DNA of 64,000 nucleotides from Marsupella aquatica (taxonomy: Eukaryota > Plantae > Marchantiophyta), in contig OZ316897.1 of the NCBI GenBank assembly GCA_973895155.1, forward strand, positions 6,748,470 to 6,812,469. Direction: 5' to 3'. This document shows, piece after piece, positions 33,544 through 45,843 of the stretch (positions are counted from its first letter, which is position 1; the number at the start of each line of letters is the position of its first letter). The translations under genes were made by a program, and so were the position numbers. The notes under the pieces are model-generated. The model did not search any database. It was not told the origin of the DNA and saw nothing but the letters and a program-made list of their open reading frames with translations.

Positions 33544-34884
33544 ACAATCTAAACGCTCTATTATGCAATTGAGTCTCTCTTTCTCACGACCTGTTTACCA
33601 AATGTCATTCTGGTGGGAAACTTCTCTGACCCTTTGCTGAGATGGGCCTAAAGGTGTCCCTTTTTGCCTTTTCCATGCCAACCAGGTCACTCTCCTCACT
33701 GCTCACGCACTACTTGAATTCCCGTTGTAGGGCCAACTTGTCGAATCCCCACAGTATCCAACTGCATGGCCATCTCACTTGACAACACTTCTGCTCGAGA
33801 TTGCTTACCATTGACAAGATTGTGTACTGCACGGGCATTGAGCTAGTGGCATTATAACAGTGCACACTCATACTGAAGACCAAGGCCTGATGTCCGGTTG
33901 GGCACTTCAGTCAGTTGTAAGGCAGTCAGTTGTAAACACAGTCGTCAGCATAATCTAAGATCTGCGCCAAAATTCGGCATTATTAAGTGCAAAGCCTTAA
34001 GTGGGTACATGTTGGACCGAAAGGATGTCAAGCTTTGGCTCTCAGCCAGACATTCAATCCAGTCCACATATATGGAACATGGGCAAACATCGATACTCAG
34101 ATCATCAATAGTTGAGGAGATGGAAGGTGAAAGCTTCCAATCGGAGAGCGAAACTCCAATTTTAGAAAATAGAAACAATTTTGTGGGGTGGCAGATCAGT
34201 GCTATGATCGACGTTGTTTCAATGAGGCCGTGAAGGCCAGTTTCAAAACCTGCAAGGTAAGACTTAAACATTGGCTTTAACTGTTTCGGCTCTACCACAG
34301 TGATCTTTCACATTTGAAGATAGTACAGGAGCCTGCAATTTCAAAGCAGTCGAAATCTCTAAACGCTTGCTGCAAGCTTGGAAATCTTTGATTATCTTTC
34401 ATCGATGAAAGCAAGGATGAAAAGAGTACTACTCCAAGCAAACCCTAAACCCCCCAGTAAAACCTATTTCCTTCTTAATTTCAGTGTATTATGGATATAA
34501 TTTCAGTACTCTGGGTTCTCCATATACGGACTGGATTGAATGTCTGGCTGAGTACTCAAACTATAGCAACCCTAGACAAACACAAACCTTCTTTGGTTTC
34601 TTCCATTCGCGACTGTGGCTGAAGGAAATAACCCAGCCACCAGTGACAATCATGTAACTAACACTTCGTGTAGAAACCTTCCAGCCAGTGTATTCTGTGC
34701 AGACCCTTGCAAGTGGAACGCAGCCAGACATGTTTTCATCAATAGATTAGCTTAAACCTCCGCTGTCACCCAAAGTGCGGATTAAAAATTCCTCCCACTT
34801 CTTTACGTTCTTAATCTAACTTCTGGTATGACCAAAAAGCGAGGAGTGACAGTGGTGGTTTAAGACATTGAGACGTGGGCGATA

Positions 34885-36100
34885 TCATTGCCACTTTTGA
34901 TGTAAAACTGGGGCCTCTTGCAAGGCCTTGATTTTCAAACGGTATCTTTCTCCCCTGGGCACAGCCTGTGAAGACCCAAAACCCGAATGCCCACCTCTCC
35001 TGGGCATGTCATAGTAGATGAACCCCACTAACAAGTTGCACGAATTGCACCGAAGCTGGGTTCTCCTACGATGAATTCCCCAGGAATCCAACGAATCAAA
35101 GAAAGGGAAGCAAGAGCGCCACTTCTTTTCCCTTTGCTTCCGAAATTTAGACATATCAACTTCCATAAATGAGAGGGTACCTCTGTTACCTGCTTCAAAA
35201 TATGTATCTGGAGGGTATAGGTCATTTGAGGTTATATTCAAGCTTACCCCGCATTTCCCACAACTGCAAGGCCCACACCACACAGTTTGCACTCCTGTCA
35301 GAAACTCTATTCAGCAGCAAGCTCACCGACATTTTGAAAATATGTACCACACAACACCGAAGAGTAACATAATCATCCACGTTTCTCCAAACTAGCCTGA
35401 CTGTTCGAGCATTGTTCAGGCCCACTGTTGCCTTCCCCACCTGTTCCCTCACCTCGTAACTTGCCACCACCCTAGAGTCACAGTCTAGAGGCTTCACCCT
35501 TAGACCATAGGTTCCAGAGTGTAGCTTTCGATCGTGAATTATTACTTATATGCAACCTCTGGCAAAAAGTGGACTCTCACAGACAAGCATGTCCTATACT
35601 CAATCTCAAGTCGCAATATTGTCCACATACTGCGCAGATTTCAAACAACACATTGCACCCGGATAAAATTCTATCCATGAGCGTCATTCACATATTGCAA
35701 TTGTACCTTAATGTATCTACAGCACTCGAGGGAAGAACTAACTTGGGAATATTGAGACAAGCACATTCGTGACCAGAAATGTCTGCCATAAGATACCTTA
35801 TTCAATATAATCAGGTTTAGCACTCACTTATCTACAGTAACTATCCACAGATGTTCATACTTCAGTAACTGCTTGGACATGGTCCTTCACGAGGTGAAAT
35901 TAGGAACATGACGAATATTTGCCACGCAGCTCTGGATGAAGCATCAGATAACTTTTACACAAAGCCTTAAGCATTTCAAGGACTGTGCATAGTTACACGG
36001 TACTACGCAAGAAAGTCATATGTTTGTACACCTCACAACATGGTGGGCGGGAGGCTCCAGGATCTGAGTGAACATACCAATACATAGCGTCTGCCGTCAT
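34885..36100 (-). CDS. Uncharacterised zinc-binding plant protein (At2g17705/At4g08330-like; Yippee/Mis18-like CxxC pairs); exons 36100-36078 and 35263-34885
   Basis: Splicing a GT-AG intron gives MTADAMYCCGKCGVSLNI...LYPPDTYFEAGNRGTLSF...WGIHRRRTQLRCNSCNLLVGFIY...SQAVPRGERYRLKIKAL. Confidence 0.85.
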
Positions 36101-37882
36101 AGCTCTTCTCCACCTCTGGAAATCCTCCCTCCTCGGTCCCCAAAGTAATTCCCTGAGCCGCTGCAGTTTAGTGTTTTGTGACGAGGCCGGATTCTCCGTA
36201 GATTGTTTCAATCCACGTGAGACGGCCTCTATTCCTGCGGTGCACAAGATCATCCCCACCTACGATCACCGACAGACTCGCCGATCTCTCTCCCCCTCTC
36301 CTCCTCCTCTCTCCCTCAGCTCCAACCTGTGGTCTGACCACGGAAGTGAATTACACTCGAAGCTCAGGATTGCTGGCGAATTCACGGCTAACTGAAGTAT
36401 GACATCCCGTCCGACCAATCTGCTCCTGACGATGAGCCTCGAATCTAAAGCTCACCCATTTTCAAACCATTTCAAAATCCTCAACCGACAGCATTGAAGT
36501 CAAGCAACGTGATCTGAGCTGATGAGCCCGACTCCGATAACTTCTCATCTCAAGCCTTCCTCAAAGCATGATCCCAACCTTGCCTGTCCTCTCCCTCCTT
36601 TCCTTTCCTTTACTTCCCCTGTCCTACTTCTATCTTCACGAATCCAAGAAAAATGTCCCAAAGCAAAAGACATAAACAATGCGTGTATACAAATCGACAT
36701 ACACCACGAAAGGCCCGAATCCGATTGATGTCACTTCAATCGTCTCCACTACTTCACTCAAACTTTGGAATACTCCGTGTGTTTGGAATGGAATGAGAAT
36801 GGAACGGTGGCTTGTAGCCTGCCATCCACACCGGTCAAAAGTTGTGAAGGTCCAAGTAAGTGTCGGTGAGTTTCCTGGTCATGGGAGAGGCAGCGTCAAG
36901 GAGAGTCACCCTCTTATGTGTTTAGTCCTGAGTTTTACCAGGCTTTAGTTACTTGACCTTTGTTGGGACTCTGGAGCTTTTCGGCTCGTTGGTCTGGATT
37001 TTCCATTTATTGGCTCCCCTGTGTACATGCTTTTTTGCATTCTTTTATGCTTGTCATTTTTAGTGCCAACCTGAATAACACTTCAATTGGTGCCATGCTT
37101 GGTGCCATGCACCAGAATCCAACTTTTATGAATAGGATAATGTCCTGGTTAGAGTGCATTATGATATATAATGCCCTGAAAAAAGAGGGCCACAGCCCAA
37201 GTTTTGAGGGCATTATTCTCATAATGCCACTAACTAGGACATTAATGTGCATAAAAACTTGAGTGATTTTTGGGTAACAAACAAGAAAAAGTGAATCTCT
37301 GAATAGAAAATCCAAGCAAAAGGGCCTGCAATTGGCCAAAGGCATGAAAGAAGTTAAAAACAAATCTTTTGATTTTGATACAAGTTATTATGTTATTTTA
37401 TTTGGTAACACTATATTTGGGTTTTATCTTTCCTATTTTTGTGATATTTCACATAATGCCCTCCTCAAAAGAAGGGAGTCTGTATGGGATATTAATGCAC
37501 TCAAAAATACAAAGAGAAAAATCACAAAAGTCTGTACGTTTTCTTATTGCACTCTATTCGGACTACAACTTCAAGTGTCCATTTCATTATTTCTAACAAT
37601 TCCAGGTAGAGGGTATTTGAATGCATACCAATTCAAAAATGGAGGGAGAAATAGTCTCTTCTATAAGGTTTGGAAGTGGGAAGAGTGTAAATGAGTGAGG
37701 GTGTATGGAGTGTCACTGTAAGTGGGCCGGGTGTCCATGGGGTTATATGGTTCACGAGCCAGGTCCAGCTGTTGCATCTTATGTATTGTGTAAACTATAT
37801 ATCACAGTGCCCAAGGGAAAAAAACCAAACCGGGACAAGCCAAGGATTCCCCAACAACAACTAGGGAGCAATAAAAGACAAA

Positions 37883-38410
37883 CTGGGATTTACTACATTG
37901 TCACATTTTTTGGCATAATACATACAATGCTGCTGATTTTTTACTATTTATCACAATGCCATTGTTTTTTATTGTGGGTTAAGAAAACCAACCTGGGTTA
38001 GCTCTTTTACATCCAATGGCTATCCTAGCACCCAGTTCCGCAATCTGACAGATCCAGTCTCCCTCAAAGTGACTTTTGCCACCCTCGGTAGGGCAGAAAT
38101 AGAGGCTATGTGCAAGGACAGACTGGCCCTCAAAGAAGGCCATGTATAAGATGGGATCATAGGACCACATGACCCGCCCTGCAATAAACTGATCCAAGGG
38201 TGGTCAAGTCACCTTGAGTAAGACCCATGCCAATCTATCCCAAAACTGGATGTCATGATAGCCATAGGATGCGAAGGAGCCACCCAGGTTAAATTTTTTA
38301 ACTCACGAACAAAACTATTTATATTTTGATAAATAAATAGAAAAAAATGAGTAAACTGAGTGGCATGTATGTATTATGCCAAAAAGGTGTGACAGTGTAG
38401 TAAATCCCCG
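37883..38410. mobile_element. MITE (Mutator-like), about 44-bp TIRs
   Basis: gggatttactacattgtcacattttttggcataatacataca (37885-37926) is inverted at 38366-38408. Flanks are aaaagacaaa and aaaggacaaa (10 bp, 1 mismatch). There is also an inner inverted aacctgggt. Confidence 0.8.
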
Positions 38411-38672
38411 AAAGGACAAAACCACAGAACCTTCAAGATACCGAGTAAACTCCAATTTTGTTTAGAATCAGGGAACGAGAATGCGAGATTGACACTTGAA
38501 AATACCACAGTTGGGGAATGTCTTATTGCAGGCAAAGACAAATTCCTCCAGTCTCATATCTGGCAGACGCTGGAGTAGCATCAAGCACCGATTACGGCGG
38601 GTTGCAGAGAGGCGGATCTCGATTGAAGGAGTCGAGTCTGTTTGGAACGATTGATCGAGCTAGAGGAGAGCG

Positions 38673-41600
38673 ATGGCGGAACGGGTGCTTCAGGCTCTCA
38701 GTGATCATGGCTTTCGTCTGGAGCTCCCATCGGCCGGCTCGGTATCTACGTCCACCTTTTTTAATCCGCCTGTTTATTTGTGGGCGCCATTGAGTTCGAT
38801 AAGACGTTGTTAGCTCTGTCGATGACACCTCTTTGTTCTCTGCCTTCATGTCAGTACTCTTGCGTCACAGATAGTCTCCGGCGCGGTTGTCATGTAGTCA
38901 ATTTTCTGTTACGCAACAAACTCTCGCGAACTGAATGAATGATAATTCAGATGTGCTGCATTCTGGCATTTGATTAGTTTGGCTCCCATTTTTCACTGTG
39001 GGGCTCCAGATCGTTATATTGCTTGGATATTTGGGTGGCCTAGCCGCTTTGGGTGCCATTATTCCCGGCCCAAAAATCTCAGGAGCTGTGTTGGCTGACA
39101 AGACGAGGAAAACCTACAATGTGAACGGTGGGTGTCTCCACTGTCTTGAGAATTGGGAATGTGGCATAATTGAGTTGTTGTCGTGAACTTCAATTGATTA
39201 CATGAAGTGCTCGACGATGGAAAACTTGAGCCATGGGATGTATCTGATGCAGGATTCAACGTGCTTTTGGTTCTACTGGGAATTCTCGGTGCTGCTTCAA
39301 AGGCGGGATTATTCCCTGCTTCCGTATGACAATCTACACCTTCAATGAACTTAGCACGGTTGTCTATGTATTTGCAAATGGATCCGTTGTTTGGGTTTGG
39401 TCTAGTCCGACATTGATCCTCTTGCTGGGGCTGCCGTTGTACACAATCCTATCATTCATCTTCATATCACGTGCTCGATTTTTGAATATTTTCACAGTTT
39501 ACTTTGACATTTTCCATGGAGTACCTCGTGAACCTCGTCAGCTGTTCGCTGCTTGTAGGTGATTGCAGACAAAGGAGGACAACTATTCACCACTACAATG
39601 GCCTTCTGTGTTTTGGTATAGTACGGTTTGCGGCTTTGACCAATTTTGTGGTCCTTTTGACCGGTTTTTCAATAAAACTTTTCAAAACCCAATGAGCAAG
39701 ATCCAAATCGTCGAATTTTTCCTGGTTTGAAGGTTTTGTCCCTTGTCCCAAAATGGGGAATTTGCATTTTATTATCAATTCGTGCAATCATTCAATCATT
39801 ATTTGATGCTCAGTGAATCTTATTTTTTGCAGGTTGCTTCAATACTGTATGTCGTAGGTTCCTTGTCGAAGAGCAAAAGTTCATCCTTGAAGCCCCATCT
39901 ATCTGGCAACATATTAAATGACTGGTGAATCCAATAACTCTATGTGCGAAATCACCCACGTCTATCAGAAGACTTCTCGTTCATGCTCTCAAATTTACCA
40001 ATGATAAGTATAGTAGAGAGGAACAGAGCAGCGATTGGGCTCTTTTACTTATCAAATTTTTTGGTTATTCTCCCGAAAGTACGTCATGAGCAATGACTCC
40101 AGCAAAGATTTTCAAATTGATTGCATAATGTGGATCCTGTAGAAGGGTGAAGTTGCTCATCGCAGTCGGTTTTTTGTTACATAGGCTTCTATGGCCAACA
40201 CAGCTAGAACATTAATGAACGCCCACTTATTTTACTTGGCTTGCTCAGGTGGCTTGGTGTGCAGCTAAATCCTCATTTCCTTGGTCTTGACCTCAAGTGA
40301 GTGTTTGATAGCACATTATCCTTGTTTCTGGTTCAGAATTAAGAGCAGACAAGTGAATGTAAGTAGGACTATTCTCTAAGCTTTTACATGTTGTAGGACT
40401 TAGTATGGTCTGTCGTCTGGAGCTCAGGCTACATCAGGCTACTATTGAAGTGGAGTTAACAGAATTGTACCGTGGATGCATCAGATTTTTTTGGATACGG
40501 GCCGGCATGATAGGATGGCAGCTGATTGGCTTGTCAATTATGGCGAAACAGTATCAAGATCAGGGTTACGTCTCACTCTCAATGGCCCTCTTTCAGGGAT
40601 TCTGTCTTGTAAGCGCCCTTCATTTTCTATTCATTTGGGGAAGCGTAATAGATCCAGTGTAGGCATCTTGATAGCCCTTTGTGGTCAGTCAGAGCATCGG
40701 AGCAAGGGGTTTGACGTGCTTATATCTGCACCGCCATCTGCAGATATATATCATGGACTACTTCTGGTACGAAGAGTACATGACTTCCACGTAAGTGTTC
40801 AACTCATTGCTACCCTTTGCTCCCAATCAATTGATTGCATCTTTATTTTGGCATTAAGAGTATTTATATGTGTCCCCTTAGTTTGTTTCTTGATAGGACC
40901 TGCAGCTTGACTTCTACATGGCGGAGTTATGAAGAACAGGGAAAGATAGATTAGCCGTTTTTGTTCTGTCCTTTATGGATATATTTGGTTTAAGACTTGG
41001 GATTTATCTTGTTTCGTAACACAAGCTGTGTCAATACAGGTGGGATATTATTGCAGAAAATTTCGGCTTTATGCTGGTTATGGGAGATATTGTGTGGATT
41101 CCATTCACGTTCACTATACAGGCACGTGACCAACAACAGTCTTGTCATACAACTGCATCTGATTTTGGTGCTCTCGGCTAGCAAGAAATCATGTTCATAG
41201 TTTATCTCGTAGGTTATAATGAAGTAGCTCCATAGTTTTTTGCAGGCTTGACAGCTAGTTTTCTTCAACGCAGGCGTGGTGGCTTCTAAAAAATCAAGTG
41301 AAGTTAACACCAGTTGCTACAGCAGCTGATATTGTTATCTTTGCTATAGGGTGAGTAGTTCTGTCAGAAGCTAAGTTTTAGTTTCGGTCATTGTATATCT
41401 TGGTTAAGAAGCACAGGTTAAGTTGTTATCCTCGTCAGTTCGCGATCTTTGGGCAAGTGGTCTTTTTGACACCTGGTTAAATCTGGAAAATTATTATAAA
41501 AACCTCACGCGTCTGATCAAGATTTGCCATTTTCATTGTTTGGAAGCCAGTGAAGAATATTTCTGAATGCGTCTTGAGACTTCTCCTTCAATTAATTCTA

Positions 41601-42558
41601 GGTGCTCTATTGCATAGCTGTAAGGTGGAGTTCTTGCTAATAGAGCTTGTACATAAACAGGTACTGTGTCTTCCGTGGTGCAAATAAGCAGAAGCATACC
41701 TTTAAGAAGGACCCCAAAGCTCTGATATGGGGTCAACCCCCCAAAGTCATTGGGGGCAAGTTGCTTGTTTCAGGATATTGGTATGTGAATGGCATCTCCG
41801 AGCACCAACTACCAATAATCTCTCAAAGCGTTCTTTCAAACAGAAGTTTCATCTGTAGTACGATCATAGTCAACCTTTGAGGGGCCAAAGACTGGCGGCA
41901 GATTTGGACCTCGTTCATAAGTGCACGCATGACTATCACACTGGGATAGATGTGACGTGAATGATTCAAGCTAGGGGAAAACCATGATTTTGCTAAACCA
42001 TCGATAGTGTCTGTAGAACATTGCGTGAAGGACGATGTCTTTGGGCTCACTGTATCCATATTTAATTCACAGACAACGATAATTGAATTTGAAGGGATGT
42101 CTCCACGTATGCAGATGTGATTTCGTAGAAGTAATTCGTTTCTTACAATTATTTCAGGGGTATCGCAAGACATTGCAATTATTTGGGGGACTTGCTTGTG
42201 GCCTTCAGCTTCAGCTTGCCTTGTGGCTTCAGGTATTATGTACATGCCAAAATATCCCTTTTACGAACCTTGTAATGAGCCTCTCTTATGTCTCTGTTTA
42301 GTCTCATGTTGGTATTACTCACTTGCCTCCCAGAGTCCTAGCTGGCTCCGTTTTCTTATGGTTTTTCCCTGGATGAACTAATTCTGCATTCTTGTGTGTA
42401 ACAGTTCTCCAGTTCCCTACTTCTATCCAATTTATCTTCTGATTCTGCTCCTGTGGAGAGAGAGAAGAGACGAGGCAAAGTGCAGGGAGAAATACAAGGA
42501 AGTATGGGAAGAGTATTGTAAAGCCGTGCCTTGGAGAATTTTCCCTCGGTTGTATTGA
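38673..42558 (+). CDS. FK: Delta(14)-sterol reductase (FACKEL/HYD2/ERG24), 13 exons: 38673-38741, 39010-39127, 39253-39323, 39559-39615, 39833-39924, 40249-40296, 40485-40608, 40744-40790, 41040-41121, 41274-41350, 41661-41780, 42158-42232, 42405-42558
   Basis: The spliced product contains SSLKPHLSGNILNDWWLGVQLNP, DLKFFWIRAGMIGW, EEYMTSTWDIIAE, FRGANKQKH, GGKLLVSGYWGIARHCNYLGD and WRERRDE.KC.EKY..VW.EY...VPWRI, all characteristic of plant sterol C14 reductase. Exon phases are consistent. Confidence 0.96.
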
Positions 42559-43736
42559 GAATGAGAACGCTCGGCTCACTAACTCTCGATAGAAATTCCA
42601 GGGGAGCACTAATTACTAATTTTTGACATTTTTCAAGGTTTTTAAGAGAAGTGTCCGCCACACTCAAGGGTTGTGCAATCGCAGTGTTGGCACTGGAGAG
42701 GCAGAAGAGTGTTGTGAGAATGTACCCTCCATAGACCGTTCTCAGCTATAACAGATCAGTTTTTATTGCTCTGCTTGTTCCATTTTCGACTTGAAACTTC
42801 ATCCTGCGTAAATATAACTGCGGTTGTTGTAGTAATGCACCCGTTAGATCTCCATAAGCTATCCAACAGTGCTTTGATGAACTAGTAGGACCCAACTAAT
42901 CACTCACGATAATCCTTGTAGTTGGCCTGATTGCCCTTTCCTTGAGCGGAGAAGGAGGTGAGGACAAACAAATTCTTTGAAAAAAATAATTATTGGCTGA
43001 TCCCGTTCCTCTCTCTCCCCCCCCCCACTCAAACTTGTTCTTTTGTCTGCACCCTCACTTTCAGTCATGTCTTGAGTTAGAGTCAAGGTCTAGAGGTTTC
43101 ACTCTAAACTCAGGCACTTAAAAGTAACTTTTCATTGCCAATTACTAGTAATATATGTCTAGACTCAGGCCTTAAAAGTAACTTTCCATTGCAAATTACC
43201 AGTAATATATGTTGTGGGGATCATCACAAAAACAGTGCACAATTCAGTTTTGTATGTATGGACCGATGAATGTTTTGAATTAAAGACCTGAAATATATGT
43301 AAATGGTACATTTAGTTTAGGTCCTACCTTTAACGGGTTTTCCTTAGATTACTTGTTTCAGAACTTTGGGATCCCCCAATGTCTTTCCATACAAGCAATG
43401 ATTGCCTTGCCACTGTTTGTAGTCAATTAAGTTTGGGCAGAAAATCAAACAGAAATTTTGATATTATCTCGGTATGATTGACTTGCACCAAGATCCCTCT
43501 CATCTATTCGTGTCCAGCTTCAATATTGATGGCGGTCGAATTATACAATGCCCCAGTTACTGTGAAGCACTACCAGCGATTCGGTATTACTGCAAGGTTT
43601 GGAACAGTGAGAAGATTGTGGACCAGAACTCCGTAGATGCACAATCGAATTTTATTCACTAGGACACCAAGAGTTGAAAGGAAACTTCGCCTCAATAAAA
43701 GAGATCTCATAATTGCTCCACTGCTAAGCAACTCGC

Positions 43737-45843
43737 TTAATTTCTGTTAGAAAAAGTGTTATACACTTGAAAGCAATTCTCACGAATAAATCTTACCAAG
43801 TTATCAAAGAGTAGTTGCTCCGCTGTGGTCTTCTCCTTTGCCTTGTGCAGCAACTGTTCAAGATGATAGTTCTTCTTCTTCTCTTCCTCTAATGACTTCT
43901 CTAGCTGCTCAATCTTGACCTTGTTCTCATCTCCTTTCATCAGGTCCTCCACTTTCTTCACAAAGTCAGCAGGAGCTACACCAGTCACCTGGGAGAGCCT
44001 TGAGAGCACTGGTTCCATGATTCCCATCTTGGTCTTGATGGCCGAAAGATCCTTGAATAAACAAGAAAAATGGTGTAAGGTAGAGTGTGAAAGACCGGCT
44101 GAAGAGGTAGTAGCGCCACTCATCGGGTAGGAAATTGGGTCAGAAACCGGTTCAGAAGCCGGATCAGAAGCCGGTTCAGCTTTGTCAAGCTTCCTCTTCC
44201 TGGTTGGCCCTACAAAGTCGATCTCTTTCGGCTCTGGGTCATCTTCAGACTCTGGTAAGCTCTGAATTTCTAGATCCAAGACTCCATATTTCACATAGCT
44301 ACTCTTGGTGCCAAATGCACTCTTCTCATGTTTGAATAAGGTTTGGTCATGAGAGTATAGATGTACCAAGTAACAGGAGGGTGCTCTGTTGGACAGGGCG
44401 GAGACCTGCTTCTCTAGAATGCTTGAGAAGATAGTGGCCCATGATACCTCTCTGGTTTTGAAGAAGGAAGCAATGATAGTACTTCCTACTTTAAGAATCA
44501 CCCTCCTTGGTTTCTCTGGATAGATGAGGAGGACTAGGAATGCCATCACGTTCCTGAGGTCCTTGTGAGTACACTGATTGATGGTCCATCCTTCTTTGGC
44601 ATCCATCTTGCCACCAAAGTATTCCACTATGAGATTCTCTCCTCTGGGGCAGAAGCCACTCCCTTTCACTGGTAGCTGAAAAGCTTCTCCAACGAATGCC
44701 TTGGTCCAAGCTTCTGGTCGAGCTCGTGCAGTCTTCTGAAATTCTGTGGGAGGAACTCCTGCCAGCACTTCCCTCACCATGTCTTCACTCAGAAATCCCC
44801 AAGTAAGATCCATCAAGGAGGCACAGCCCATTAGTGTAAGATCTTTTCAGAGCTGTTCCTTCTCAGTTGCATCAGTAGAAATGAGGGGTCTCAAGGGCTT
44901 TATGGTGATCTGAGTCTCCTTCCTCTTTGAACGTCGTACTTCTGGCTTTACTGGAGTCCCACTCTGAGTCTTGGAAGAAGGACTGCTCTTGGCACTCTTC
45001 ATACTGCCTGGTAGTTGGAGTAGCAAACAGATTTGAACCGGTGAGAGCAGAAGGTAGGAGCTAGAAGTGAATATAGCCTCTATAATTACTCCATCACGTA
45101 TATCAGCCAACCTTCTCGATCTCAGCACACTTTCAGCGAAAATGAACGTCCAGCAAGCGAGATATAGCAGAAACAGTTTGCCACCGGTTTAGTTCCGGTT
45201 CAGAAACCGGCTCAAGCCTCGGAAGTAGACGACTATCAAAACAGGGGGCCTTAGCGCCAATCTCCACATCCCCAGCCTTCCCTCCAAGCGTAGGAGTAGG
45301 CTGCCACCTCACACGAGTCTGTCAAGGCTCTCTTATACCTTTCTCTCACAGAAACTAGAATGGTCCTATAATCCGGACCCAAGATCCTCAACCGGAAGAG
45401 AAGAGCCTCCTTTCACTACTGCTTCAACAAGCCTATTCACTCGGGAGCTCAAAACTTACTCTGTTTAACTTTGAGAGGTGTGAGAAGAGCAAAACCGGTT
45501 CGGCCTTAAGAGGGATTCCGGCTCACTGTCAGGAGTCCAATGCTTATGGGTTTTCCCCAGGACGAAGAGCGTAGTCTCGGCTTCAAGAACCTGGTGTTAG
45601 ATTTTCTTGATAGCGTCCGGAGACGATTTTACGGCTTCCGGTTTGTGGTCCGGTTTCCTTCTCTTTACCAAGAAATACTTTCTTCCGGTTGAGCCTCTTT
45701 TCCTTCTCTTAATCTCTTGAATGGTTGTTAGACTTTCAATAATGGTTTGCTTAGCATTTAAGGTTCTTCTTTCCCGCTTCAAAGGCAAAAAAATTTAGTT
45801 TTTCCACTTTCTTTATTCCTTTCTTCTTAACCATGTTATCACA
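43737..45843 (-). mobile_element. Truncated LTR-retrotransposon fragment with accessory ORF (43737-44831, coiled-coil C-terminus), inserted into the gag of the element at right
   Basis: The - strand begins TGTGATAAC exactly where the gag RGG region breaks (45843/45844). The 364-aa ORF (R.RPEAWT, FL..IYPEKP, V.WA.I, YL.HLY) resembles bryophyte retrotransposon accessory proteins. The left end was not found. Confidence 0.55.
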
